Source of the DNA: Monocercomonoides exilis PA203 | Taxonomy: Eukaryota; Protista; Preaxostyla | Reading direction: 5' to 3' | Length of the DNA stretch: 64,000 bases | Assembly: GCA_001643675.2 (NCBI GenBank) | Contig: LSRY02000047.1 | Coordinates: 558,001-622,000 of the forward strand | Shown here: positions 1-12,223 of the stretch, piece after piece | How the letters are laid out: each line of letters starts with the position of its first letter | Numbering within the stretch: the stretch's first letter is position 1 | The notes under the pieces: generated by a model | What the model saw: only the letters and a program-made list of their open reading frames with translations | The model's database searches: none | What the model was told of the DNA's origin: nothing | Made by a program: the position numbers and the translations under genes

Positions 1-1769
1 AAGAGAGAAGGAAAGAAAGAGAAAGAAAGAAAGAAGAGAAGAAGAAGAAGAAAGAAGATAAAGCAAGAAGAAGATACATGAAGGAGCTTTTAGAGCGGAA
101 GATGAAGAGAGAAGAAGAAGGAACGGTTGTGAGAAAAGGAGAAAACGATGAAGAAGACGAAGATGAATCGACAGACGATGGATTGGAGGCGCTTGTGTTG
201 GAAGGAGATTTGGAGGCAGAGGCAGAAGAAGACAGATTGAGAAAAGAGGAGAGGAAGGAGATGAGAAGGAGAAGGTTGGGGAAGAAGACGAGGAAGGTGA
301 TGGAGGAGGAAGAGAAAGAGAAGGAGGAAAAGGAAGAGAAGGAGAAGGAAGAAGGGAAAGAGGAAGGGAAAGAGAAAGAAGGAAGCGAAACTACTGAAGG
401 AAAGGAAGAAGCTGAAAAGAAAGAAAAAGAAGATGAAAAAGAAAAAAAGATTGAAATGGAGAAAGATGAAGTTCATTTAGAAGAATCAAAGGAAAGTAAA
501 GGAGAAAATGTTGAGAAAAAAGAAAGTGTTCAAAAATCACAAAAAGAGAAGGGAAAGAAAGAAAAGAAAGAGAAAGAGAAAGAGAAAGAGAAAAACAAGA
601 AGAAGAAAGAAGAAGAGAAAGAAAAAGAAGAGGAGGAGGAAGACGATGAAGATGAAGATGAGGTTGACGATGAAGAAGAGTTGGAAGATGAATATTATTC
701 AGATGATGATGATGACATAGAAAACGAAGAAATTGATTCAGAAGCAGAAGAAGAAGAAAAAGGGAAAGGGAAAGGGAAAGGGAAATCTGAAAAGAAGAAA
801 GAAAAGAAAGAAGACGAAGAGAAAGAAGGGAAAGAAGAAGGAGATGAAGTTGGTGATGAGAAGAAGAAGAAGAAGGGGAAGAAGAACAAGAAGGGAGTGG
901 AAGATATTGAAATTGATAACAATGAAGAAAGCGAAGAAGAGGAAGAAGAAGTAGAGAAAGATGAAAAGGGAGAGAAAGAAGAAGATGAAGATGAAGATGA
1001 TGATTTTGATGAAGATGAAGATGAGGAAGAAGATGAAGATGAGGAAGAAGATGAAGATGAGGAAGAAGATGAAGGTGAAGACGAAGAGGATGAAGAAGGA
1101 ATGGAATGGTCAGATTCAGATTTAGAAGATGAAGAATCAGAAGAAGAAGAAGAAGAGGGAAAAGCAGACAATCCAGAAGATGAGCAAAACGAAGGAGACA
1201 AAAAGAAAGAAGAGAAAGAGAAGAATTATGATGTCAATAAAACAAATAATTCTTCCTCTTCTTCCTCCTCCAAACAGCCACTCCGAGCAGACCAAGTGCG
1301 TATTCTCTCCTCGCGAGACTTTGAGCAGCTGCGGAAGATCCGAATAGAAAAGATGCTGAACTGGCAGGAGAAGATCGGGATAAGAAGTGTGGAAGGGAAC
1401 TCAGCCACGATTGCAGTGGCGATGCAGCTGACAGGGCAGACGAAGAGGGGAGAGAATCCGATTGTGGATGAAGGGGCGATTGTGGGGGCGTATGAGGAGA
1501 GGAGGAAAGAGAAGAGGCTGAAGAGCGAGAGGGTGAGGATGCAGAAGGAAGGGAAGGAGCAGGACGAGTTTGAAGGGAAGAGGAAGAGGAAGAGAAGAGA
1601 GAGAGAGGAGAGGAAGATGACGTCAAATGCAGAAAAGATGAAGAAGAAGAAGGACTTTGGGTATGTCCAGGCGAAAAAGAGGAGGATGAAGAAAGAGCAG
1701 GAAAGAATGCGGATGGCCAGAGGGCGAAGTAAAGTGAAGCAGCACAAAAGAGCAGGAAAGCTGAGGTAA
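1..1769 (+). CDS. SDA1: SDA1-like 60S ribosome biogenesis protein, 3' part (5' end outside window)
   Basis: The frame is open from position 3 to the TAA ending at 1769. A long E/D/K-rich tract is followed by RILSSRDFEQLRK and TSNAEKMKKKKDF, matching the SDA1 C-terminal motifs (RILTxEDF; TNxEKxxxKxF), then a basic tail. Confidence 0.7.
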   Translation, partial: ERRKERERKKEEKKKKKEDKARRRYMKELLERKMKREEEGTVVRKGENDEEDEDESTDDGLEALVLEGDLEAEAEEDRLRKEERKEMRRRRLGKKTRKVMEEEEKEKEEKEEKEKEEGKEEGKEKEGSETTEGKEEAEKKEKEDEKEKKIEMEKDEVHLEESKESKGENVEKKESVQKSQKEKGKKEKKEKEKEKEKNKKKKEEEKEKEEEEEDDEDEDEVDDEEELEDEYYSDDDDDIENEEIDSEAEEEEKGKGKGKGKSEKKKEKKEDEEKEGKEEGDEVGDEKKKKKGKKNKKGVEDIEIDNNEESEEEEEEVEKDEKGEKEEDEDEDDDFDEDEDEEEDEDEEEDEDEEEDEGEDEEDEEGMEWSDSDLEDEESEEEEEEGKADNPEDEQNEGDKKKEEKEKNYDVNKTNNSSSSSSSKQPLRADQVRILSSRDFEQLRKIRIEKMLNWQEKIGIRSVEGNSATIAVAMQLTGQTKRGENPIVDEGAIVGAYEERRKEKRLKSERVRMQKEGKEQDEFEGKRKRKRREREERKMTSNAEKMKKKKDFGYVQAKKRRMKKEQERMRMARGRSKVKQHKRAGKLR

Positions 1770-2271
1770 ATGATGTTATGGGTGTTTGGAATTTTTGTTT
1801 TTTGAATGAAAGTGATTGATCTTGAAATGTAATAAAAATAAGAATGTCTCATTTCAAAAAAGAAAAAAAAGCAGATTTATTCATCATTGACAATTCATTT
1901 CAAAGCAATGATGAAGAACTTACCTTTTATGTTATAATTAAAAATTATATTTGCATTTTTGATGTGAAAAAAAAAACAATTCACTTCATGAGAACAGAAA
2001 TTATTGGTATAACGAACAATATTTTTTGGAGTAATTGCAAAATTAGCATCTTTTCAAAAGAACGAACAAACAAAAGCATATAAAAGAAAATCTGCACTCA
2101 AAAAGAGGAAATATTGAAAAGAATCGATATGTTTTCGCATATGAAACATACTTATTATTTCATCAGAAAAAAAAAGAAAAACATGTGAAACGATACAAAA
2201 CCATCTTGAAATGATACATAAACAGTAAAATATGCAAATTTTACATGTAATTTTAAAAAATTTTTTTGTAA

Positions 2272-2904
2272 TTACATTTCATGTGGCTTATAAGAGACAT
2301 CATTTTCAGTCAGACGAAAGACCTCTGACTTCAAAGTCAGTATCTCATTGAGGATTGCAATGATAGAAGTTTTCATTGCTAAATTGTTTGCTGTTTTTTT
2401 AATCCAGATATCAATTTGATCTCTATGCTTCATAAAGATCATTCCGCAAACATCATCAGCAGAAGAAAGCTGATTACCAATAATCAAAAGAAGCAAATCA
2501 AAATACATTCTTTCGCCAGCAGCTTTCATTGTTTGCGTCTTCAGTGAAATTATGATTTTTCCTCCTCCAACATTTTCTCCATATTCCCAAGCAGGTTTTA
2601 TTCCTTCTTTAAAAACATAATAAACAAATTTCATAGGTAAGATGGATGGCTTTGGGATATGATGGCAAACTCTAACAAGCAATTGCAAAAATATGAAAAA
2701 CAAAATTTCAGTGACTTATTAAAATAAAATAATCTCAAAAACACAAAACTGCCAAAATTCTTCAAGAGTTTTAATGGTTGAAAGCAAATGAATACACTTA
2801 AGCCATTCATCTTCTGATTTTGCTGATTTTGATCCTTTTTGTGGCTCGTATATTGAAATTGTCCATGAGTATCTTAAAGGATGAGGTTTTTCTGCACTCA
2901 ACAT
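2272..2904 (-). CDS. eIF4E: Translation initiation factor eIF4E family member (2 exons, 184 aa)
   Basis: Exons are 2904-2750 and 2671-2272, with a GT..AG intron at 2749-2672 (78 nt, phase 2). The spliced protein contains HPLRYSW, TLEEFWQ, VFKEGIKPAWE, N..GG, LLLIIG, DDVCG and DIW. Confidence 0.93.
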
Positions 2905-3620
2905 GTTTAAATAATGGTATTAAAAATAAAAAATTTTTGCAGAAATAAAATGTTAAATGATAATATATATTATGACATTTTAAATGTTTTTATATCATCG
3001 TTAATAATCCAACACCTTTTTTATAATAATCATGTTGAAAAACAAAGGTTGATTATTAATTGAAAAATATGAATGATTAGACATGTTCTTATGTTTTGAG
3101 TTACAATAAAAATAACTGTCTCTTCCATTCACATGGGGTTTGTGGACCACACTTATTTCAAATTCCAGACATGATCGTTTTTTTATTTCTTAAAGAAGAA
3201 TTTGCATGATAAAAAATATAAAAATAAAAACAAGTTGATGAACAAAGATATAAAAGCATGCAGTTATCGAACAAGAAACTAAAAGTCAGGGAAAAATCCC
3301 GCACAAAAGACGAAACTTGTATGCATGGGTTTAAAAATTAATACTCACTTTGTGCATCGCAAATATGCATTTCAAAGTGTTCAATTCTTATTCTGTTAAT
3401 AATATATTTTTTCCACTTTCGCTTCAACAATTTTGAAATGTGTTCTTTCTCATTTTTATTTATTATTATTTTTTATGGAATAAATGGAATATCAAAGAAC
3501 TTAAGCAAATTTCCATATTAAAACTTTTTCACAAAATGAACCAAAATATAAAATGGTAATTTGAAACGAAATTATCCATTTTTTTAAAAACCTTTCGTTA
3601 TTAGGAGATTTGAACTTTTT

Positions 3621-3622
<2 letters not shown>

Positions 3623-3675
<53 letters not shown>
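3623..3675. repeat. poly(T) tract (about 53 nt) followed by (TTTA)n
   Basis: Directly visible homopolymer. Confidence 0.9.
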
Positions 3676-3677
<2 letters not shown>

Positions 3678-4412
3678 TTATTTATTTATTTTTATTTTTA
3701 TTTTCGCATCAATTGTTTAGCAATTGAGAAAAGAGATTTATTTCATTGATGCTGTTTGTGACATTTTTCTTTCATTTTCGTGTTCAATGAAAAAAAAAAA
3801 GAAAGCATTTATCCATTCATTCAATGAATACAATTTCAAATAATTGTTTTCTTCTCGTTTTAATAGACGATTTTAACGCATTAATGCAATCATTTTTTTT
3901 TCTTTAATATCAAGAGAAGGCAGATCAAAATTTTCACAAAAAAATCGTATGAAAAAAAGGTTGATAAAGTTAAATACTTGATAAAGCTTGAAATGAGATA
4001 TATTCTTGATCAAAAGAAAGCAATAACAAAAAATTGTTTCTTTTTCATTCAAATATGGATATCCACAAAACAAAAATATATTATTCTTCACTTCATTTTT
4101 TCATTTCAACCTTCATCATAATTACCATATCAATAAACAAATAACTTCACATTTTTCTTGCTAAAGTCTTAGAAAATCCATCCCCCTCTTATCTTTGTCT
4201 CATGCGACTCCAAAATGGCTTATGCATTTGACATTTCCATCAGTTGAGCATGAAAGTGGATATAACACATTAGTTATTATAATTTCATCAAATTGTTTCT
4301 GTTCAGCTTTTTTCTTGAAAAATGGGTTCAAGAACATAACTCATGATTCCTCTTTTGCGTTAAAAAAAATCCACTACAAGCTCTCCATGTTCTTTTTGCA
4401 GCACCATTGAAC

Positions 4413-4660
4413 ATATATCTAAATTTTTTTGAAAAGTTCCTTTTGTTTAATTTTCAAATTAAGAAAAAATTTTGTATTTCGATCAAATTTCTGTTCCCAC
4501 TTACGAAACTTCACAAAAATAGAAACAACAACATTATCAAGATTTTATTTTCTTGAGAGGAAAATTTGGGGAGTGGGAACAGAAATTTAATCGAAATATG
4601 AAATTTTAATTTTATTTGTAAATTAAACAAAAGGAACTTTTCAAAAAAATTTTGACATAT
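4413..4660. mobile_element. 248-bp palindromic MITE, family A, copy 1
   Basis: Imperfect terminal inverted repeats of about 90 bp (ATATATCTAAATTTTTTTGAAAAGTTCCTTTTG ... CAAAAGGAACTTTTCAAAAAAATTTTGACATAT). Homologous copies occur at 11928, 14728 and 62210. Confidence 0.85.
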
Positions 4661-4903
4661 AAAACTTGAGATACCACAAAAACACAAACAGCTTCATTTT
4701 TCCAGATAATAGTGCTTCATTATTTAAGTTGAAACAGGTGTTTTTAATCCAGCTAACAAGTTTATCGGCAAATGCAGAATATACGCGTACCGAAAGAAAA
4801 CACTTCATAATCGATACGAAGAAAGGTGTTGCTATTCTTGATCATTCTATCGTTTTTTTATCTTGCGCAAATAGCTTGTTGTTTTTTAATGAATAATTTT
4901 TTT

Positions 4904-6016
4904 TCAAATTTTGAATAAAAAAATGGGTGAAAATATTTTCATATTATTTTTTATTTTTAAAAAAGTGTATGAAATTGTTAAAAAGAATAAATCATCAGAC
5001 CATTCTGATGCATCTGCTCCATCATCTGCACCAAAATCAGTGTCATCATCAGGAAGATCATCCATGTCAGGGATTTCTTCCTCTTCGTTTGCCTTTTCTG
5101 GATCATTTTCATCTTCTTCAGCAACCATTTCAACGTTTTCGATGTTCAAATGAATTGCAGATTCAACAAGTTGATTTTGAGTTAGTAATCCCATCGAACG
5201 AACAATGAAAGATGCTATGTATTGTTGAAGAAATCTTGTTCGGATTCCATATCTGGGAAGATATTTCCGAAAGTGCGCCCAAAAACCTTCCACTGTGTCG
5301 GTATACAATGATTTATTTTCCGGATTGATAAAATGTCTCTTATAACAAACGGTTTTGTGAATAAAACCTTCTTCATCAAGACAATTATTTGCCTTCCATT
5401 CATCACTGAATATTGTTATGTAAGGTCATATGTGCTTTTTGATAGCTACTTGAAGAGTTTCCTTGTTCCTGTTTGGAACAACCACCATAAAAGATCTTTT
5501 GAAACGTTCTTCAGATCTTTCTACACCACCAAGAATCCAAACTTGCTTTTTCCTTTTTCATCTATAATATTTCCTTCTTCTCCACAATATTTCGTCAATT
5601 TCCACCTCCTTCCCCACTCCTCCTATTTTGATTGGATTCTTGAAAAGCACATCGACGCAAACTTCCCTGCAAATATTATAATTGCATGAAACGGTGTTTC
5701 TATCCAGATATAACAAAAAACAAGTTTGCCAAATGCTAAATTCCAGCAAAAACGCATGCATAATCTTTTTTATTGTTGTTTTAGCCTTTGATAATGTTGT
5801 TCCTTTTAATACAGATGTTGTTTTCAGGCACTTTTTTCACTTTCGAAAATTTGCGTTGTCTCTTTTGCGCAATAATTTTTTCATTTTGCAATGTTTGCAT
5901 TCCCCAGTATCAGGAAGAAGTTTATGCTCGAAAATCCACTTCCAAGTGAGTTCCAAATTTGCATACAAGTAATTCATGTTTGAGATCACATCTTTTGTTT
6001 CTAATATCTTTGACAT
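4904..6016 (-). pseudogene. Merlin/IS1595 (ISXO2-like DDE) transposase pseudogene, near full length
   Basis: From the ATG at 6016: zinc ribbon CKHC...*KKC, then IGGVGKEVEIDE, RRRKYYR*KRKKQVWILGGVER, SDEWKA and TDTVEGFWAHFRK, ending in an acidic tail. There are several in-frame stops and a frameshift. Confidence 0.9.
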
Positions 6017-6209
6017 TTTCTTTTATCAATTTTTCGATCTCTCCCATTTTTTGAGAAAAAATTGCCAAAATTAAAAATTCAAAATATATCAACAACTCGT
6101 TTCCGCAAAGTCAGGTTTGCACACATGTTATTAACAATTAATAACGAATCATTCATAAAAATTTCAAGCGAATTTGAGAGGAAAGCGTATATTCTGCTCA
6201 TGCTTAATT

Positions 6210-6606
6210 TTTATATTTCTGTAATTTAAGAAATTAAACGAAGTCAACCTTGCAACACTTGTCCAGTACACAATCTTTATTTGAGATCCATTTAGCATTA
6301 TTCAAATTAACCAATCTTTCATTTCCATCCAAAACATCAAAAAATCATCATCACAGTTGAAATTGGAAATTTTGAAGACTCCAAAGTTGTATTTTTAAAG
6401 CAGGAAACACTTTTCTTGTACTTTGGGCACTTCAGGAATCTTGAATGTCCCCTTCCTTTACAGATATATTTGACTTTTTTGCAGTGTTGGCAAACTACAA
6501 AAACCTTAGGTAAATATTGTTGTATCCATTTCCAATATGATTCTTCAGATGAAAATGTCTCATACAGTGCATGACATTCATATTTGAATGGTTTTTTCCA
6601 AGACAT
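6210..6606 (-). pseudogene. N-terminal (zinc-ribbon) fragment of a second Merlin/IS1595 transposase
   Basis: YWKWIQQYL...CQHC...LKCPKYKKSVSCFKNTTLE parallels the N-terminus of the 4904-6016 copy. It continues after a frameshift and is truncated before the VEIDE motif. The left boundary is approximate. Confidence 0.7.
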
Positions 6607-6659
6607 CTAATTTTTAATCGATAAAAATTTTTTGATCAAACACATTTTTTTGTGATTTA

Positions 6660-7558
6660 AAGAAAAAATTACATTTTTTATTTTGCCCAGAAGATGCAAA
6701 GGGCAGACAAAGAACATAATATACTTAAACCTAATAAGCAACAGATTGTGAAAATGATTGAAAGAATCAAAAATATTCGGGATCCTTGTTCTATGCTTAT
6801 GCCAAAATTTAAAGAGGCAGACAAAATTGTGGAAATCGATGAAGCAGCATGGAGAAGACGGAAATACAAAAAAGGTTTTAACATGGAATATCAATTTTGA
6901 AAACATTAATATTAATTTATTTGCTTTGAAAATAACTATTTTTTCAATTAGGAAAGCTGAAAAAATATATGTGGATATTTGGAGCTGTCGAACGAAAAGG
7001 CGAAGAATAATTTGGAAAAAAATTTATGGTCATTTTCCTTATCGAGAAAAAGAGACACTAATCCCAATAATAAAAAATCGAATCAAAGATGGAACAACAA
7101 TAATCAGCGATAAGTGGAAAGCTTCCACTTGCTTATGAGAAATGGGTTACACCCACTAAACCGTCTGTCACAAATGTCACTACGTTGATCCTGTTTCGAA
7201 AGCCAATACGAACACTATCGAAGGAATGTGTGAACGTTAACGATCTTTTTTCCCAAGATATTGAGAAAGAGAGCGATTAATTCCTGGAGTGTTTTCAACG
7301 TACGTTATGAAAAGATCAGGTTTTCTTTCCAACGGAGAATTCATAGAAAAAGGAATAAATATTCAATCTGAAGATGAATTTGAATTGGAAATTGATGATG
7401 ATGAAGTTGATGAAATTGAAAATATTTGTGATATAAATGAAATTTTTGGAATTAGAGATGAAGAAGATACTGAAGAAAAACTTTTTAAATCAGAAAGCGA
7501 GGATTCAGATCCATTTGGAGCTGTAACAGCAGAAGATTCTTCGGAATCTGAACCATAA
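6660..7558 (+). pseudogene. 5'-truncated Merlin/IS1595 transposase pseudogene containing a spliceosomal-type intron
   Basis: IVEIDEAAWRRRKYKKG, intron 6875-6951, KLKKYMWIFGAVER, then TIISDKWKA, HYVDP and NTNTIEG, ending in an acidic tail. Multiple stops are present. Confidence 0.88.
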
Positions 7559-8187
7559 ATAATATTTTTTTTAAAAAATTTTTTTAAATTTTTTTCAATC
7601 TTTTTTTTACGCACATCACTTTTCGCAAGATGTTATGGACTGAACATTAACAGAATCCTTAAATAGAACTTTTGAAATCATTATAAAGTGAAAATTTTTG
7701 GAAAGCTTTTTGTATGTTCATGCCAAATTATTCATTTTGTTATTTTCGATTAATTAATGAACAATGTGTTATGTTGTGATCATTTTTTAAGTGGAATAAA
7801 TACCACAACACTCACGTCACTGTATGTCATTGACGTAATTCAAGTCAGTAAGGCATTTAGCAAAATTTCATAATTTGGTACACATGGATACCTCACAAAT
7901 ATTTTATTCTTCATTAAAAATCCAGAACAAGTTTGTTAATAATTTTTTTGATATTTTTTCTTTTCATTTTCATTATTGTATTTTCAATAACAGTTTTTTA
8001 TTCTTCTTGATCAAAAAAGTTCGAGATGTATAAAGAAACTGAGAAAATGCTCAAATCACACAGATGCGAGTGGATAAAACAGAAAAAAATAGAATACAGT
8101 TAGTTCACAAACTGTTTGAATTTATTGTTTTTTCTTAAAATAAATTTGGTTCAAATATTAAATTTTTTCATAGGTTATTATCATTCA

Positions 8188-9330
8188 ATGCAGGAAGAAT
8201 CAAACATTTTCAAATTTTCTCTTGATATTGAAAATCACAAAATATTTATTGCATTCACTCCTTTGCATAAAGACAGGATTGCAAAAAAAAATATGCACAG
8301 ACTTTATATGTGTCTGTGTGAAAAAGATGGAGCTGCTTGTGGAATTACGGGAAGGAAGGACAACTCTTTGATTTTAAATCACAAATGTGATTTGATAACG
8401 ATTAATCATATCTCTTTGTTTATTTCTCAGAAGTCCAATTTATCAACAAATTCTCATAAAAGGATACAAAGCCATCGAACTTCTCAAACAACATTGAAAG
8501 GAGAACTCGCTGAACTTTTCATCAATTTCGTTGCCCATAGAAATATTTCTTTTTTTTTTCGTTGCAACAAATGAATTCAATGATTTTATAACAGCATTAA
8601 TAAAGTCATCACAAGCGAATCCACACATGAGCAGAGAAGATATTTTCCCTCGCTTTACAGAGAGAAATGTAAGTTAACAACTTTATAAAATAAATTTAAA
8701 GAATAAAGAAAAAGCTATTATAACAATGTATAACAACACCTTTGGAGTGGACATTGACGGATAGTTTGCCAGCAGATGCAGCGGAAAGAACACTTGTTGA
8801 TAAAGAAAATTCAACAAATTCAAAAGAGCTTACGAAAAATGAAAAAACTGCAGAAAGCGAAAGCGAAAGCAATAGTGATGTGGATTTCATTTGCGATTTT
8901 TCTCGATAAAGAAGAATTGAAGTGTGCAATATTTATTTGGAAACAAAACGTTGAAAACAATTTGGGATAACACATTTTCTGATTGGTTTGGCAGGATTTT
9001 TGCATGTTACCGAGCAATGTTTGATCACATGTTAATTGAAAAACATAATAAAATAAAGGCTCAACGTGTGAGATTACTCATAGAACTTTTGCTTTAAAAA
9101 GAAAAAGATGATGTTGTTGAAAAAGACTTTTTCATTTTCAACAAGGATTTTGGTTCCTATTGCGAAATGCATACTATATTCTCCAACAAAGCTTACTGCA
9201 TAACAACTTCTCCTCGCAGTGAATCATTTTGGGAGAGAATATTTTCTAAAGCTATCAGAATAATAGGAGATCGTCTTCACAATATTTCAGACAAAACACT
9301 TAATGCTCTTCTTCGTCTTTTATTTCTCAT
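8188..9330 (+). pseudogene. Degraded hAT-superfamily transposase remnant
   Basis: An N-terminal Cys/His cluster (YMCLC...CG...NHKC, BED-finger-like) is followed by ELFINFVAHRNISF. The C-terminal TSPRSESFWERIFSKAIRIIGDRLHNISDKTLNALL resembles the hAT dimerisation domain. The middle is deleted or frameshifted. Confidence 0.65.
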
Positions 9331-9555
9331 GGTGATAAATTTTTTCTGTTTTGAATCAATTGAATCGATCATTTTGTTTGTCACTTATTCATTTTCTTTC
9401 CCATATCGCTTGACATTTCCAAAAAACCGAAACACAGCTCGAGAATTCTTTTTTTTCGTTTTGAAAGAAAATAGAAGTTAATTAACTGAATATTGAATGA
9501 GCTGAAGCAAAAAGAAAAGGCGAAACATGTGATTTGATGAGTATAGAATCAAAAA

Positions 9556-11093
9556 GTGATAAAGATGAGGTTGAGTGTGCAGGTTCTGGTGGCGAGCGAG
9601 GTGTTGGATGTGGAGGACAGATGTGTAGTGTTCAGCAGTCTGAACGCAGTGGGTGAAGCAGAAAAATGCGTGGTTGCAGAGTTTCAGTTGTCCGGGTGTG
9701 CTGGCGGAGAGCTGCGTTTAAAGGACACAAACATCGGGTTAGAAAATGCGGAAAGCTGTTGAAGGAGGAAGAGATCGAGTTGACAGCAATGATGCGAGTT
9801 TGTTGGTGTTAATGCGTATTATGTGGAAGTGTGATGAAGCTGGAAAATCAGCGGCAAATGTGGTGGGGAACCTGTTGGTTTATTTGTCATGGCTGCCGAA
9901 TGAGGAGATGCACGTGTTGGAGGCAGAAGATGATGAGTGTCCGGGGTGTGGGAGCACAGGGTCACCGTGTGCGACATATGAGCAGGTGGGGCGAACTCGG
10001 CGGCAGAGGGAGAGCTGCGCACGATGCATGTGGTGCGGATGGTATATGTGGAGAGATGATGCGATGTGTCGGGGTTTGCGATTGAGTCGAGCGGAGACAC
10101 AGCGGAGAATGTGACGCTAGCAGGAAAAGTGGTCGGGAGCACATAGCTGGAGGTGCTGACGAACGAAGGTGCGTTGTCATGTTTGCGGATGTGGTTTGTG
10201 GTGCCGCAGGAGTTTCAGGGAGGGCGGATAGTGCTGGTGGGTTCGTTCGCAGCAGCAGTGTCGGTGGTGGAAAAGGAGTCGCAGTTCAACTTCACGGTGA
10301 CAGGGACAGTGCAGTTCAGCCTGCTGGAGATTGTTCTGGGTGTGGGGGAGGTTGTAGGGTGCACAGTGACGGATGTGAGCTATGGTATTGAGATGTTTGT
10401 GTTTCTGAGAGAGGAGGAGAAGGAAAAGGAAGCAGCTGTGGAAGAAATGTTGAATGATGTGAAGATAGTGAAGAGAGTGAAGGGAAGGAGAAACGAAGTG
10501 TGGGGGATGTTTGAGGTGCGCTGGTGCAACTTCGCGAATGTTCGGACAGAGCTGAACGAGAGTGTTGCGAGATAGGGTTTCCAGTGCGTTGGGTACAGGA
10601 TGGCAAACAGTACCACCCAGAGATGCTGGACATCAAAGAACGGGGGCGGATGCTTTACGGAGATTTGTGAGGGGAGCAGGATGGTTGTGGAGGATGTGGT
10701 GATGATGTTGTTCTGGGCAGGGGAGGGGGGGAGGTGATTGTGCGTGTGTGGAAGGAGCGGCAGGAGGTGTGGGCAGCGAAGAGGGAGCTGCGGGAGCTGC
10801 GGCAGGAGAAGCGAAAGAGAGATGAGCGGGAGCGGAAGAGGAGGGAAGAAGAGGAAGCGGAAGCGATGTGGGAGGAGTGGGCAGCAGATGCAGAAGAGAG
10901 GGCGCAGCGGGAGCGGGAAGAGCTGGAAGAGATGAGAAGGAGAGAAGAGGAGGCAGAGGTGGAGGCAGAGGCAGAGGCAGAAACAGAAGCAGAAGAAAAA
11001 GAAGCAGAGGAGCGAAGAATGGAAGAGGAGGAAGAGGAGGAAAGAAAGAAAAAAGAGAAAGAGAAAGAGAAAGAAAATGAGAAAGATAATTAG
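9556..11093 (+). pseudogene. Frameshifted fragment of the large Cys-rich beta-helix surface-protein family, followed by an E/R-rich coiled-coil stretch
   Basis: A GC-richer island. NLLVYLSWLPNEEMHVLEAEDDECPGCGSTGSPCATY matches the repeat unit of the 43693-51801 protein (DLFVFL...VYVG..EDATYCG..YPCKT). The reading is broken across several frames. Confidence 0.6.
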
Positions 11094-11927
11094 AAAAATG
11101 AAACAGATGAAGAGAAAAAAGAGAAAGATGCAGCCTGAATTGAGATTTCAAAAATAATATCAATATATTCGCTTTTCGCGATCGAGGAACTGAATTGAGA
11201 AGCAGATTCTATTAACACATATGTTAAATGGAAGCTTCAACGCTTTTTTTATTTTTTTCCATTTTGATGAATTGAAGCAACATTATTTGAGTGCTCATTG
11301 ACTGTATTTTCTTTAGAGAAGAAGACTCAGCTTGCAATGCAGGAATCACAAGAGATGCAACAGAGGAAAGTGACAGAACAAAATGTGCAAAAGCAAACAC
11401 TGTTGAATGCGAACTGTCAGACAAAGAATCAAATGCCTCAGAAGATTCAGCACGTGAACGTTCACTTTGGATGAGAAAGACATTAGTCACTTTGAAGAGC
11501 CTTTTGCGTTTGGCGAAGAAACAACATTGACTTCGTTTTGTTAAGCTTCTCCTTCTGTGATAAAAACACTTGAAATAAGATGGATCGACAGAACTTATCT
11601 GAAAAGGAGAAGAAAGAAGATTATTGGAAATAACACCAAATGAAGCAAATATAGGGATTGACCTAACAGATATGGAAGATGAAGACGAAGAAGATGATGA
11701 TGAGAAGAAGAGGAGATGGAGGAGGAAAAAATTGGAGAAGAGGAAGAATTCAACGGAAAAAAAGAAAAAAAAAACGAGATGACGATGACGGTGATAATTG
11801 TGAAAAAAAAGAGGAAGAAAATTGGAAAGGTCAAAACAAAATGCCATTAAGCACACTAATACATCATTCAGACAAAGAAACATTTTCCATAAAAAGCGGA
11901 GCAACGTACAAATGAAAATAAAGAAAC

Positions 11928-12175
11928 AAAGGTCTTTATTTTTTTGAAATGTTCCTTTTGTTTAATTTTTAAATAAAATAAAATTTTCACATTTCAATTA
12001 AATTTTTGTTTCCACTTACGAAACTTTAATAAAATGGAAACAATAACATTGCCATAATTTTGTTTTAATAGCATCGAAATTTGGTGAGTAGAAACATGAA
12101 TTTGATTCAAATTTAAAATTTTTGTTTTATTTGTAAATTAATCAAAAGGGAACTTTTCAAAAAAATATGACAAAT
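11928..12175. mobile_element. 248-bp MITE, family A, copy 2
   Basis: TTTTTTGAAATGTTCCTTTTGTTTAATT ... AATTAATCAAAAGGGAACTTTTCAAAAAAA, homologous to copy 1. The termini are degenerate. Confidence 0.8.
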
Positions 12176-12223
12176 AAAGAAAACAGAAAACAAAGCAGTT
12201 TAAATTTTCAGAAATCATCTTTT

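Noticed and set aside
90-1852. Antisense and alternative-frame ORFs over SDA1 (poly-F/S/L)
   Set aside because: These are shadows of stop-poor GAA-type repeats.
6210-7558. A single transposase split by an internal inversion
   Set aside because: The two fragments overlap in homologous position just before VEIDE yet differ in sequence, so separate copies are more likely.
11224-11904. A 226-aa minus-strand ORF
   Set aside because: It has a non-ATG start, low complexity and no motif; it may be a gene remnant but no call is supportable.
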